Origin: Nemertoderma westbladi
Taxonomy: Eukaryota; Animalia; Xenacoelomorpha
DNA: 50,414 nucleotides
Assembly (NCBI GenBank): GCA_032718475.1
Contig: JAUCBJ010008676.1
Location: forward strand, 1 to 50,414
Reading direction: 5' to 3'
Positions 36,491-49,593 of this stretch are shown here, piece after piece. The translations under genes and the position numbers were made by a program. Position 1 is the stretch's first letter; every line of letters starts with the position of its first letter. The notes below the pieces were generated by a model. The model was not told where the DNA came from, did no database searches, and worked only from the letters and a program-made list of their open reading frames with translations.

Positions 36491-37555
36491 ATGGCCTTAA
36501 CGCAAAAAACCGAAGCAGCAAATAGCTGGAAATTTACTTACAATAAATATACTTGTACCGTCGTTCACAGCAAGTATTTTATTGTGGAATCTCAGGAGGA
36601 CAACGAATCAATTTGTTTTTCCCATCAAGATACCCGCTATTTGTTAGACATTCTAGAAACAACCAACAACAACCAACATCAATCCAGACCAGCAATTATA
36701 CCAGGTAGGATATATCCCACTCTTCGTTTTGCGCGGGGAAATTTGAATATTTCCATCAACCCCACATCGGGTGATGTTTACGTTCAGAAACAAGGCAAAT
36801 GTAAAGTTCTCAACAAAGCTTTTACTGAAGTTCTAATTCAATACAGAGGGAAATTATTGCAATTTCTCTCTCCACCGCTAGAGATTATTAGCGATCAATT
36901 CTACATTGAATTATCAAATCCAGAGTTTATTGGATTTGTAACAGCTTTTAAAGGAACCAACTATGTTGGCTTATGGAAAATCAGCCTCAGATACACTGAT
37001 AGTGTTGGTTTTAACTATTATACGGGTTTCAATTTGTCAAAACAGGAACTAACCGTTTTGTTGCGAGAGTGGGACAACCAAGTCGATGAAACAGACAAGC
37101 ATCTTTTTGATAAAAATATCATTCAATTATCAGACCGTCTCAAAATGATTAAAACCAATAATAAAAAAATTATTATCACCAACACCGATAATTCTACTGA
37201 AGTAGGTGTCGGCGGAAATTCTATCGAGTTGCATTACTTGAATGATAAAGCCCATATTAGTTTTCTCAAAGAATCGCTGGATGGCGTTTCTCTTACTGAA
37301 GCCCATGTTGACGGTTTTGTCCTTTTGGATAAACCTAAAGCGTTCGTAGAGATCCCATCACCTAATCCGGATGTTGAAGAGAGTTGCACTCAACCGTAAC
37401 AGGTCTTTCCTGAAATATTACCTCGGAAGCCAAGATCATCGAGTAAATTTACCAACGCATCACCTGCAAAGAAACAGAAAGTCGTCAGTAACCCAGTTCT
37501 AGTAGAGCCTGTTACTAATTCTCCATGGAAACCAGATTATTATCCTAACATGTAA
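36491..37555 (+). CDS. PC4-like ssDNA-binding-domain protein; probable premature TAA at 37397-37399
   Basis: GFVTAFKGTNYVGLWK...TGFNLSKQELTVL resembles the PC4 signature. The frame stays open 51 codons past the TAA, including NLS-like PAKKQK, to a TAA ending at 37555. Confidence 0.55.
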
Positions 37556-37744
37556 GCCTAATCATAAGTTAAACTCTTTGCGGTTTCCAATAGTCATATG
37601 TGTTTGGTGATTGGTTTAAAATTATTTCCCTCGCTAGCATATAAATGTTTAGATGTAGTCAATAACATTTCATTTCATTTTATTTTAATCTTTGGAGATA
37701 TTTTATTATTATTATTATTATTATTTATCTAAACAAACTTCAAC

Positions 37745-40700
37745 ATGGATAAAATAACAATATGTTGTTCATTCTGTCATATGAATGTAACTAGACATAA
37801 TTATTTACGCCACCTACGGTCACATTTTGAAAGTTATTCTTGTTTAAAGTGTCATGTCGTGACTTCATGCAGCAAAATTTGTAAACGACATGAAACGACT
37901 ACTGGTTGTAAAGAAATGGAGTTCCGCACCTATCAATTGACTTGTTCTACCTGTAATAAAGAGTATACATATGACGATTATCTACGACACGATTGTCACT
38001 TGAAATGTTACTACACAAGAAAGCGTAGATTTCCGCAACGTAAAAATATAATATCCAAAAAAAACTTAAGGGTGGCTCTTGGCACATGCGCAACAATTTT
38101 TACGCGGGAACAAGAAGCTCACGATAATCGTCTTGAAATTTATGTCCACGACCTCCTAACTTCTAGAGATTATCCCGATGTAGAAACAGCAGTAACACAA
38201 ATTCGAGGTAATATTCTTCAGTTAATATTAGACAGATTGAAAGAAATGAATGTTCTTAGACTGTGGTTAGGTCTAAATGTATTAATGTACAGATCACATT
38301 TTTCAGAAGGTGAGCAATTGGAAACCTTTTATTTTAATTCTTCCGGTGGTGCTATTAATACTGTAGATTCGCCGCAAAGTTTTGACACATGGTTTGAGTA
38401 TGTTCTGGAAAATATATTACAAAAAATAGCCATCTTTAACACACGTGGTTCGGGGTGGCGTATTAAATCTTTATTAAGGGTTGAAATTAAATTAGCTGAA
38501 TCTAAGTGTAGCTCGTTACTATATAAGGGGCATGGATATATGGAATTACCTAAGGCTTTATCAGTTAAACGATGTGTTATAAATGTACAATCGGCTGATA
38601 ATAACTGTTTTAAATGGGCAATTATATCCGCAAAATTTAGTAGCAAAGTGAAAAACAACAAACAGCGTACTTCATCGTACAAAAATTATATGAGTCATTT
38701 CATTTTTGACAATGGGAACAAAGATTATCCAACGCAGTGGCAGTTAGCTATTAAACTTTTTGAAAAACAAAATTCAAAATATATAATTAATTTATTATGT
38801 TGGAATAACGACAACAAACGCACCCCCGTATCTATATTAAGACAACCCCCGTTTAGTAAAATTACACCCGATAAACAGTTATTAAATATATTACTTGTAG
38901 TAAAAAATAACAATGTACCTAAACAGAATCATTATGTTTGCATAACTAACTTGAATCGATTGCTGAATACGAGAGCTCTTCATATCCAAAATAGGAAATA
39001 TTGCGAAAGGTGTTTGGCTCATTTTTTTCGAGCGGAAGTTCTTCATCAACACCGTCTTGCATGCTACCAAGGAAGAAGTCAGCGTGAGAAACTACCTAAT
39101 AAAAAAAGAACACACATTAGTTTTACAAATTTAGATAGAACCTTATCCCCATTGTTTGTCACCTACTTTGATATAGAATGTATCTTACAACCGTCAGTTA
39201 ATAATCAAATTATACAGGAGCATATACCGTGTGCTGTGAGTTATTTAATTGTTCCCAATACTGAATTAATTGATGCTCCAAAATGTCATTTGAAAACATT
39301 CGTAAAGACAAATAATAATAATTGTATTCAAGATTTCTTAGATTCATTATATTTTGATTTAACTGAATTATGTTGTTGGACAGACATATACACTCATAAA
39401 ACCATGTCATTTACTAATATTGATTTTGTAAATTTTGAACAAGCAAAATTTTGTTTTTATTGTAATGTTACTTTAAATAATAATGTTGGGAAAAACAGAC
39501 ACCATTCACATATTACAGGTAAATATATTGCGGCAGCCTGTAATAGTTGTAACCGAAGTTTATCATTGAAGCGATACCTGTATGTACTTTGCGGACACAA
39601 TTCCAACAACTACGATATACATTGTATATTACAAAGCGGATTTAGAGATAAGAAATACACTGATTGGGATATAAAGGTTATACCGAGAAATACAGAACGA
39701 TATATTTCACTGAGTGCATTTATCCCAATTAAAAACACTTCTAAGAAAATTGAGTTACGTTTCTTAGACACATATCAATTTTTAAGCTTTTCTTTAAGTA
39801 ATTTAGTTGAGTGTTCAACAAAGGATGTAGCCAGTCATGATATAAGCTCAATTTTACCTATTACTCTACAAGAAATGAAATATTTTTATCCAAACTTGAA
39901 TAACTCAAAGATTAAACGGAAAGGAGTATTTCCATACGAGTACTTGACAGATATAAATAAATTTAATGATACTGGTTTGCCGTCTATAAATAATTTTTTT
40001 AGTAACTTAAGTCAAAAAACATGCACAATTGAAGATTATAGGTTTGCGGGAATATCATGGGTAGAATTCGACTGTGTGAATCTCAAAAGATTATCTTTTA
40101 GCCTATTTAAAACTCGATGTTTGTTTGCTTGCCGATATATTTGAGAATTTTAGGAATGTTTGTAAACAAAATTACGATTTAGAAGCAGTTTTTTACTGCA
40201 GTATCGCGTCATTTACCTATGATTGCGCGCTAAAATATAATAAATGTAAAATAGAATTAATAAAGGATTATCAGACATATAGAGATTTTGAAAAATCAAT
40301 TAGGGGTGGTGTTTCATTTTGTCGAAAACATTATATAGAATCAAATATACCAGGTACAAGTACATATGATTCTACTAAGGAAGATTGCCATATTTTTAAT
40401 ATTGATTTCAACTCTTTATATTCTGGGAATTTAAGTAAAAAACTACCCACCTCACAATTCAAAGAAGTAAGTATTAAACATTTAGAGAATGCAATACCAG
40501 AAAAACTAATCGAGTACTTGGTAGATTTAGACATTGAGGGATCTACTGGATATTTTTTAATATGTGATTTAAATTATCCCAAGGCTATTCACGATCAAAC
40601 ATTACAATTACCGTTAGCCCCCGAGCATTTAAGTATAAATGAATCAATGCTTTCACCTTATATGCGGGAACAATTTAATAACTTGTCGATACAAAGAGAT

Positions 40701-41798
40701 ACCTCCCGTAAATATAGAATGTCTATACCAAAACTCATGCTGACACAATTTGATAAAGAGTTTTATCATTTACATTTGAAACTGTTAAAATTTTATATAA
40801 AACATGGATTAATTGTTACTAAACTACATAAATTATATTCTTTTCAACAAGAATTTGTATTTAAAAATTACATCGATTTTAATATTAATCAAAGGCGACT
40901 GGCAAAAAGTTATATTGAAACAGCTGTCGCGAAATTGCTCAATAATTCGCTGTTTGGCAAATCAATAGAGAGGATACGTGACCGATGTAACTTTCGTATC
41001 GCAAATAGCAACGATAAATGCGATCAATTGGTAAATCGTATTAATCATGAACAATTTATAATATACAATAATACACTATCGGGACATTTATTAGTGAAAG
41101 ACTCTGTAACTCTCGATAAGCCTATATTTATTGGTAGCGCTGTGTTGGACTTGGCTAAATTGGATATGTATGATCTGTATTACAATAAATTGCTACCTAT
41201 TGAGAAAGAATTAAACTGCCGTATTGAAATTGCTGCATCAGACACTGACTCTTTGATAGGTTGTTACTATAATACATCGCAGAATAATTTTTTAAAAGCA
41301 TTAATTAAAAATAATATTTTAGATACATCCAATTACCCTAAGGATCACCCACTCTACAGCGATAAAAATAAATCCAGACTCTATTACTGTAAAGACGAAC
41401 TAGCCTCACGTGAAATTAAACAAGCAGTATTTTTAAGACCAAAATTATATTCAATTTTGGAATGGAATAATAAAAATATTCGTAGAGCAAAAGGTATTAC
41501 AAGAGCTGTTGTGGAAACGAATATTACACATGAAGAATATTTAAAAGCATATAACTCAAATGAAGAAATAAAAAAAAACATACACAGATTTCAATCTAAA
41601 TTACATCGTATTTATACCTTAAAGCAAAATAAATTTGCACTCAATAGCTTTGATGATAAACTTTATTGGCTTAATAAAAATCAATCGCTTCCTTGGGGGC
41701 ACTATAAAACAAACCTCAAAAAACCTATAAAAATATCAAATATACCAATTTATGAAGAACCAAAACCGGTAACAGTGACTTATGTTATAAAAATGTAG
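37745..41798 (+). CDS. Family B DNA polymerase of protein-primed (Polinton/Maverick-like) type with N-terminal zinc fingers and an endonuclease VII-like insert; single frameshift near 40085
   Basis: GSGW, INVQSADNNCFKW, YFDIE, HHSHITGKYIAAACNSCN, HNSNNYD, FLDT, RKGVFPYEY, (DVCL)LADIFENFR, IRGG, DFNSLY, KLLNNSLFGK, DTDS, AKGI. Removing one A from CTCAAAAGAT joins the two ORFs. Confidence 0.9.
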
Positions 41799-42067
41799 TG
41801 CTATGCGGAACTGTTAAAATAGCTGATATTTTTAGAACAGTTTGTACTGTATATTGAATATAAAATACATTATGGAATATGGATGTACTAAATCTTAGAA
41901 AAGTGTATACTATACTCTATACATTATTTATGTATAGACGAATAAAGCAGGATGGCCACATCCAAGTTTATTTAGAGTATATTTAAGGTGAGTTAATTAC
42001 TTAATTAATTCCATGATCCCCCCAATCAGTATGTTTCCTTCCGCCATACTAACCTTACCATCCTCAC

Positions 42068-43018
42068 CCCACACACCTGTAATTCCCTCCCGTTCCACAC
42101 ACCTGTAACTCCCTACCATTCCACACACCTGTAACACCATCAAATTCAACACACCTGTGACTCGCTCCTGTTCCACACACCTGTAACTCCCTTCCGTTCC
42201 ACACACCTTTATCTCACTCCTGTTCCACACACATGAAATCCCCTCCCATTCCACATACCTTTAACTCCCTGCCATTGTACACACTTGTAACACCAGTCCG
42301 TTCCACCCACCTGTAAGATCTTCACTTTCTATCCACCTGTAACAGCCTACCATTCCACACACCTGTAACTCCCTGCCGTTCCACACACCTGTATTTCCCT
42401 CCCATTCCACACAGCTGTAACTTACTCTCGTTCCGCACACCTGTAACTCCCTCGCATTTCACACACCTGTAACTCCCTCTCGTTCCACACACCTGTAATT
42501 CCATCCCGTTCCACACACATGTAACTCCCTGCCGTTCCACACAACTGTATTTCCCTCCCATTCCACACAGCTGTAACTTACTCTCGTTCCGCACACCTGT
42601 AAACACCTCCCATTCCACACACCTGTAACTCCCTACCGTTCCAACACACTTGTAATTCCATCCCGTTCCACACACCTGTAACCCCCTGCCATTCCACACA
42701 CCTGTATTTCCCTCCCATTCCACACAGCTGTAACTTCCTCTCGTTCCACACACCTGTAACTCCCTCGCATTTCACACACCTGTAACTCCCTCTCGTTCCA
42801 CACACCTGTAATTCCATCCCGTTCCACACACATGTAACTCCTTGCCGTTCCACACACATGTATTTCCCTCCCATTCCACACAGCTGTAACTTCCTCTCGT
42901 TCCACACACCTGTAACTCCCTCGCATTTCACAAACCTGTAACTCCCTCTCGTTCCACACACCTGTTACTCCCTCGCATTTCACACACCTGTAACTCCCTC
43001 TCGTTCCACACACCTGTA
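42068..43018. repeat. 26-bp minisatellite, ~36 copies
   Basis: Unit TTCCACACACCTGTAACTCCCTCCCG, with a constant half and a variable half. Confidence 0.93.
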
Positions 43019-43667
43019 AGGTAACAAGTCCTATCTGGGATAAATAGTAAATAAAAAAGTATATCATATTGCAGTGTTTGTTAGATAATGATTGATATTT
43101 TGATTTTCATTTGCCAGATTCGTTCATTAAGTTTTTTAATATATTTAATATGTAATATATTTAATATATTTTATTATTTGTTTTATAAGTATGATTGATT
43201 ATAAAGTATGTAGATTACCAAGTTATTTTAGTTATAGATAGTAGTTAAAACTATTTGTAATAACTTTGTGCAGTATAATATTTTATATTAATTATTTTAA
43301 ACTATATAAATTAAAATTAAATTTATTTTCAAGATGCGACATAGAACGACTTGTCCAAGATTTGTCGTGAGATTACAATGTCAGTCTCAACTTGTTGACG
43401 CACCCCATATGGATTCCTGTATTCTCTCGATGCTGATAATGGGTGCCAATGGTATCGCAACAGAAACCATCTTTCTGCAGTGGAACCACCTTTAGTGAGT
43501 TTATTTATTTAGTTTGAAACATGTAAACAATTTTGGTACAATATTTATATTTTGACAGATGCTTTTTAATATTATTATGATCTGCAGGAGCTACAGTTTT
43601 TTTTTATTATATTTGTAATTACACAACTGCCGATTTCCTTATTCATTTCAATCTAACCTCATAATTG

Positions 43668-43930
43668 TCTCCCTCCTGTTCCACATACCTGTAACTCCCT
43701 CCTGTTCCACATACCTGTAACTCCCTCCCGTTCCATCCACCTGTAACACCCTACTGTTCCACACACCTGTAACTCCTTCCCATTCCATCCACCTGAAACA
43801 CCCTACCGTTCCACACACATGTAACTCCCTCCCGTTCCATCCACCTGTAACACCCTACCGTTCCACATACCTGTAACTCCCTCCCGTTCCATCCACATTC
43901 TGCAACTTACTGCACAGTGCACACCTGTAA
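43668..43930. repeat. Second array of the same 26-bp minisatellite
   Basis: TTCCACATACCTGTAACTCCCTCCCG-type units. Confidence 0.9.
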
Positions 43931-44632
43931 TTCTGGAAGATCCAGAATACAGGTTCATAGAAACCTATGCAAATTCTGTGCCTCCCCGATTTTTAAGGCA
44001 CAGGTTGCAAACAAACCTCTCAGGAGATGTCTTGCTGGCATTCACAACTAGGCTTAGAGTTTAAGCCTAGTGCAACAGTGGTAAGGAAGATCATAGAGTC
44101 TACTTCATCAAGGAAACTACTTTCTCATTTTGTTGGCCAATCCAACATGTGATGTTGCATCCATAGGGACTGTTTATTGGTTCACCAACATCTATCAAAC
44201 GACTCTCTTTGTTCGATTCCATGCTGCAGTCAAAGAGCGAGATGGCGTTGCCCATGGGGTTTACCATTTACCATTGCCGCATTGGTTTGTGTTTCAAGCA
44301 TGGGAAGGAGTTAATGAAGGGCCAGGATATCCTAGTTCAATGAAATGTAACACCGGATGTTGAAACTGACATCATTGCAGATGGCAATATTGCCAATAGA
44401 GAGGAAGTGGCAAGGGCTAATGAGGATCCCCTTGCGATATTCCTGGAGGACGGTGACGACCCAGAGAGGGACCATGAGAACATTGACCTCAGTATGGGAG
44501 TTCTTGGGTCCAACAAGATTATGGATGAGGATAGGGACCACGACACTTTATTAGCCAGAATGTATTGCATCCCTATCTATATAGAGACATCTATATAGAA
44601 CCATGGCTCAGAACCCTATGCCTATTTCTTTA

Positions 44633-45712
44633 TTTATTTTATTTTATGAATCATGGCATGGAGACTGCTCTAGTTTTGAGTCGAGCATTACGTGCTCTGA
44701 CTAGAGACAGGAACCATGACTCTATGCCTATTTCTCTTTTTCTTATATTATTTTTATTTTATTTTAAGAGTCATGGGGACTGCTCTAGGAGGGAATGATC
44801 TCTCTGGTGGTGGCACTGTCTCTGAAACAGAGAGCAGGTTACGACAATGTTTATCTGACCTGCATGAAGCCACTGGGGCTAAAGTTGTGTGGATGGAGCT
44901 ATTTCCATGTGTAAACAGATGCACTACTTCTTTCAGTGCAGACCGAAAGACACTCAACAGTAGGATGAGGTCATGGTTGGGTGATACCTCTTTTGGTTCA
45001 AGCCTCTGTGTAAGAGGTTTGGCCAACCCCGAACTGGAAGGTAGAGTGCTGCACAAGGTCGGCATTCACCTGAGTCATAAATCGCAAGTGAAGTTTTATC
45101 TTGCCCTTAAACAGGCAAATAGTCTTTTAATAAGAAAGTAAAAATTTAGAAAACATAATTTATTTTTTAAGTATCTTACAAATATTTTCAAAATATGTTA
45201 CTGCTCTAGCCGGAGTCGAGCATTGTCCGCTCCGACTAAAGTGGAAGTGGCATTGGAAAGTTTGGCAATCTATATATATAATAGTTATTTAAGTAAGTAG
45301 TGGTACATTGTAGGCCTATTTACTTAAAAAAAATAAAAACCAAAAAAATTTCATAGGTTAGTGTACCAGTACAACTGGTTAGTCACTTAAACTGTCACTC
45401 CCACCTGGTCTGTCACTTGAATCGCCTCTCCAACCTGGTCTGTCACCAGGGTAATCAAGGGATGTCCATTAACTTCACTAAACTTGCAATACCACCATAG
45501 GTTCGCACTGATTTACAGATCCTGATTTAAACATTGCTACATTCGTTATGGTTTCTACAGCAAGGCACTTCAACTCTTTGTTATTGGAACTGATGATACC
45601 ATCTGATATAGACTGTAGACCACCTAGATCAGTAATTTCTTTGTGAATCTGAACATTTCATGAGATCTCTTTGAGAATCATTAATGCACCAATAATTTGA
45701 CATCAAATATCT
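44633..45712 (+). repeat. 1.08-kb direct duplication, copy 1
   Basis: Nearly identical to 47539-48619; the flanks are unrelated. Confidence 0.92.
44716..45141 (+). pseudogene. SGNH/GDSL-hydrolase-like fragment (C-terminal half)
   Basis: GGNDL (block III-like), VVWMELFP, LNSRMRSW and KVGIHLS (degenerate block V); no block I seen. Confidence 0.5.
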
Positions 45713-47538
45713 TTAGTCTCCAGGAGGATAAGAAGCACCTCCAACCTCTCCTATAGCAAACTTATATGTCTCCTACCCACCGAGGTTGAAGTTAAGCAAA
45801 GTGCACAGCGCTGTGATAATGTGACTGTATGTTTGCCACTGTTAAGATATATATATAATCAGTTTTTTATATCTGCCAGTACTCAGAAGGCAGGCCTGCT
45901 AAGGATTCTTGTCTTCCAACAGGGGTATCGTATCATCCTCTTCATCAGTCCCACTGCTGCTCCCACTGTAATCGCTATCTCTTCCTGATGCCGATCGCTT
46001 CATCCGATGTGACGATCCTCTCTCCCCTAGTTTCTTTATCCTTACGGATTTCTCCCGCTTCTCATGGTGTTTTCTCTCATCTTCCCTAATGGATTTATCA
46101 TCATCGGATTCTGATGATAGTGAATCACCATCCAACCAACGAGCCCATTGCCTTAATTCGCCATCATTGAAACTTAAACTAAAACGAAAATGAAATACTT
46201 TAAACCGAACAATCAAGAAGTGCCCAATATGCAAGGTTGAAACTCATTACCTGACTGTGCGGTACTTCAACAACAAACATAAAGAAATACCTCTTTCAGA
46301 ATGCAAAGATCATATAAAAAAAGCGGAAATAGTTAGGCCTACATAACCATCATCCATGAAACAGAAAGTTCCATTGTTTTCAAAACTATTTTTGATTCAA
46401 AGTCCCTAAAAAGTACTGTGGATCAGACAACAGACTTTCTACAAAACCTAGGTATATGCGTAGATCGCACTAAAATTCCAGCTCTATCCTGTTTGTGGGC
46501 CTCCAGTCTATTCAGAGTTCTTGTAGGTCTATACATCTGACTGTTGATTCTCAATTAAATTTGGTTTTAAATTTGGTGTTCTATTCTACAACATTCCTCA
46601 CTCACGTTTACTGTTTTGGTTCCTTTCAACTCGCCTCTGTAACCTGCTCCTTTACTAACCTGCCTGGTTTTGGAGGCCCCCAAACAGGATAATCCCAGAA
46701 AATTCCCACTGAGGATAATATATCTAAAACTCATAATGCTTTAGTTCAAGTTAACCTTAACTTCAATAATGTCAGATTCACAGTACCGACACCTCTTCCA
46801 AGGGTAATAGACATCCCTGCCACCATGGAGAGGTCTGGAGACGTCACACTATCAAATCTAAGTGATTGTGACGAAGTAGACATTGAGAACACTCAAGATG
46901 TTAGTGAGAATAACCTATTAACTGTGCCATTCATAACTCATTTCCCTGGCAGTTCTCAAAGTAACTCAAGAACACCATCGAGATCTGCTATTGTTTCACC
47001 CTGCATGGTAGATCTCATCAGGGTTGATACTCCATCAGATGCTTCTTGCTTGAAACGTTTATTCGACTCAAGCAGTGATGAAGATCAGTCACTGACAAAA
47101 TTGGCAAGGGTGAATCCACTGGCTTCACCAGAAGCTAATACATGTATCACTGATATTGGTGTTGATCCATCTTATAAATGGAGTGATACCAGCTGCAAAG
47201 GCAAGGTCAGATCATTTGAGTTTGACCTTAGGTTCCCAACTGAGGAAGTTCCTATTTTGGAATGCTGGTTGGGATCCATGCCATGCAGCTGGAACATAAC
47301 CACTGCCAGGGTTACATGATTAGCCAGGTGTCAACCATTTCAAAGATTGCCTTCCAGGTGCAACGCCAGAAAGGTACCATTTTGGGAGGATTTCAAGAAT
47401 CTTCCCTATATGATGTTTGTTAGCGCATTTGATAAAATATGTTCTTTCAATCTCAATTTCATATATTGTGAACTTGTACTGATTACGCTGTAAATACATG
47501 CAGATAAGCTTTAACCATCTAGTCTGATACAACAAATT

Positions 47539-48619
47539 TTTATTTTATTTTATGAATCATGGCATGGAGACTGCTCTAGTTTTGAGTTGAGCATTACGTG
47601 CTCTGACTAGAGACAGGAACCATGACTCTATGCCTATTTCTCTTTTTCTTCTTATATTATTTTTATTTTATTTTAAGAGTCATGGGGACTGCTCTAGGAG
47701 GGAATGATCTCTCTGGTGGTGGCACTGTCTCTGAGACAGAGCAGGTTACGACAATGTTTATCTGACCTGCATGAAGCCACTGGGGCTAAATTTGTGTGGG
47801 TGGAGCTATTTCCATGTGTAAACAGATGCCCTACTTCTTTCAGTGCAGACCGAAAGACACTCAACAGTAGGATGAGGTCATGGTTGGGTGATACCTCTTT
47901 TGGTTCAAGCCTCTGTGTAAGAGGTCTGGCCAACCCCGAACTGGAAGGTAGAGTGCTGCACAAGGTCGGCATTCACCTGAGTGATAAATCGCAAGTGAAG
48001 TTTTATCTTGCCCTTAAACAGGCAAATAGTCTTTTAATAAGAAAGTAAAAATTTAGAAAACATAATTTATTTTTTAAGTATCTTACAAATATTTTCAAAA
48101 TATGTTACTGCTCTAGCCGGAGTTGAGCATTGCCCGCTCCGACTAAAGTGGAAGTGGCATTGGAAAGTTTGGCAATCTATATATATAATAGTTATTTAAG
48201 TAAGTAGTGGTACATTGTAGGCCTATTTACTTAAAAAAAATAAAAACCAAAAAAATTACATAGGTTAGTGTACGAGTACAACTGGTTAGTTACTTAAACT
48301 ATCACTCCCACGTGGTCTGTCACTTGAATCGCCTCTCCAACCTGGTCTGTCACCAGGGTAATCAAGGGATGTCCATTAACTTCACTAAACTTGCAATACC
48401 ACCATAGGTTTGCACTGATTTACAGATCCTGATTTAAACCTTGCTACATTCGTTATGGTTTCTACAGCAAGGCACTTCAACTCTTTGTTATTGGAACCGA
48501 TGATACCATCTGATATAGACTGTAGACCACCTAGATCAGTAATTTCTTTGTGAATCTGAACATTTCATGAAATCTCTTTGAGAATCATTAATGCACCAAT
48601 AATTTGACATCAAATATCT
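47539..48619 (+). repeat. 1.08-kb direct duplication, copy 2, with the SGNH-like frame broken by a 2-nt deletion
   Basis: Matches 44633-45712 with scattered substitutions; CTGAAACAGAGAGC vs CTGAGACAGAGC. Confidence 0.92.
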
Positions 48620-49399
48620 GCACTCAAATTCCATCTGGGCGAATTAATATCTTGTCACAATTTTAAATATTATCAATTAAGGGAAAGAGCAGGTGAAAGT
48701 GGCACGTTATTCCAACCAAAACAAACTAAAGTCTGCAGAACAGGTTACAGTTTTATTTTTGGGAGTAATCAGCTATTATTTACGTCAATGCCTCCCCAAC
48801 CTGCCCCCAGTCAAAGTTTTATCCCCTCTCCCCAACCAGCTCTTCGTCAACGTTTTGTCTACCCTCCCCAATTTGTTATGAGATGAACAAGTCTCTCATC
48901 ACTGTACTTGATAGGCCAGTATATTTTTACTATTACCTGATCGGGCATATGCAGATGACATTGGTGTTAACTCTTATGTTAGTGATTTCAGAAGGAATTC
49001 CCCTTTGGACATTTATTGTACCACGCATCGCAGTTGATCGGGAATCTAAGAATTCAGCTAGGCATAGAGAACAATACCAATTGTCCATATTGAGGTTGTA
49101 ACCTAGGTCTAACAATTTGCTGCAATTCATCATAGAGACAACAATTATTTCACTTTTACTCAAATGTGCTGCCCCTAGTTCATCAGTGGTTATAATAGTT
49201 TTCTTACCAAAATATACTTGTATACGACAGCAGTATCCATATTCATCACATAATATATATGACTTTACTCCAAAACGGGCCGCCCTCTTAGTCTTTATGT
49301 GTTGCTTGAAATACAACCTTCCCTTATATAATAATAGGGATTCATCGAGGGAGAGATATTGGTCGGTATATAGTTTGATACTATCTACGATACTAAATC

Positions 49400-49593
49400 A
49401 AATTAATATTAAATTAAACAATAACAAATACATAATAACACATACACACATACTGATGTACAGACATGAACCAACGTGGTTACTTACCCTGAAGATGGCT
49501 CTATTTTGAGTTGAAACGTTGGTTCATGTCTGTATGTCAGTATGTGTGTATGTGTTATTATGTATTTGTTATTGTTTAATTTAATATTAATTT
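49400..49593. mobile_element. Inverted-repeat insertion, probable Penelope-like retroelement remnant
   Basis: Perfect ~78-bp arms (49400-49477 and 49516-49593) flank a loop carrying a hammerhead core; it interrupts the transposase. Confidence 0.65.
49486..49523 (+). ncRNA. Minimal type I hammerhead ribozyme motif
   Basis: ACC-CUGAAGA-UGGCUC-UAUUUU-GAGUU-GAAA-CGUU-GGU: CUGANGA and GAAA cores, stem II, short palindromic stem III and a 3-bp stem I. Confidence 0.65.

Noticed and set aside
26122-37399. Programmed readthrough at the single in-frame stops (26122 TAG, 28269 TGA, 37397 TAA)
   Set aside because: Each is one C-to-T change from a sense codon, and the integrase stop replaces a conserved Arg; simple decay is more likely.
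41997-43067. Cys/Gly-rich ORFs
   Set aside because: Translations of the 26-bp minisatellite; the period is not a multiple of three.
44633-48619. LTR pair of another retrotransposon
   Set aside because: No TG...CA ends, TSD, PBS/PPT or retroelement ORF between the copies.
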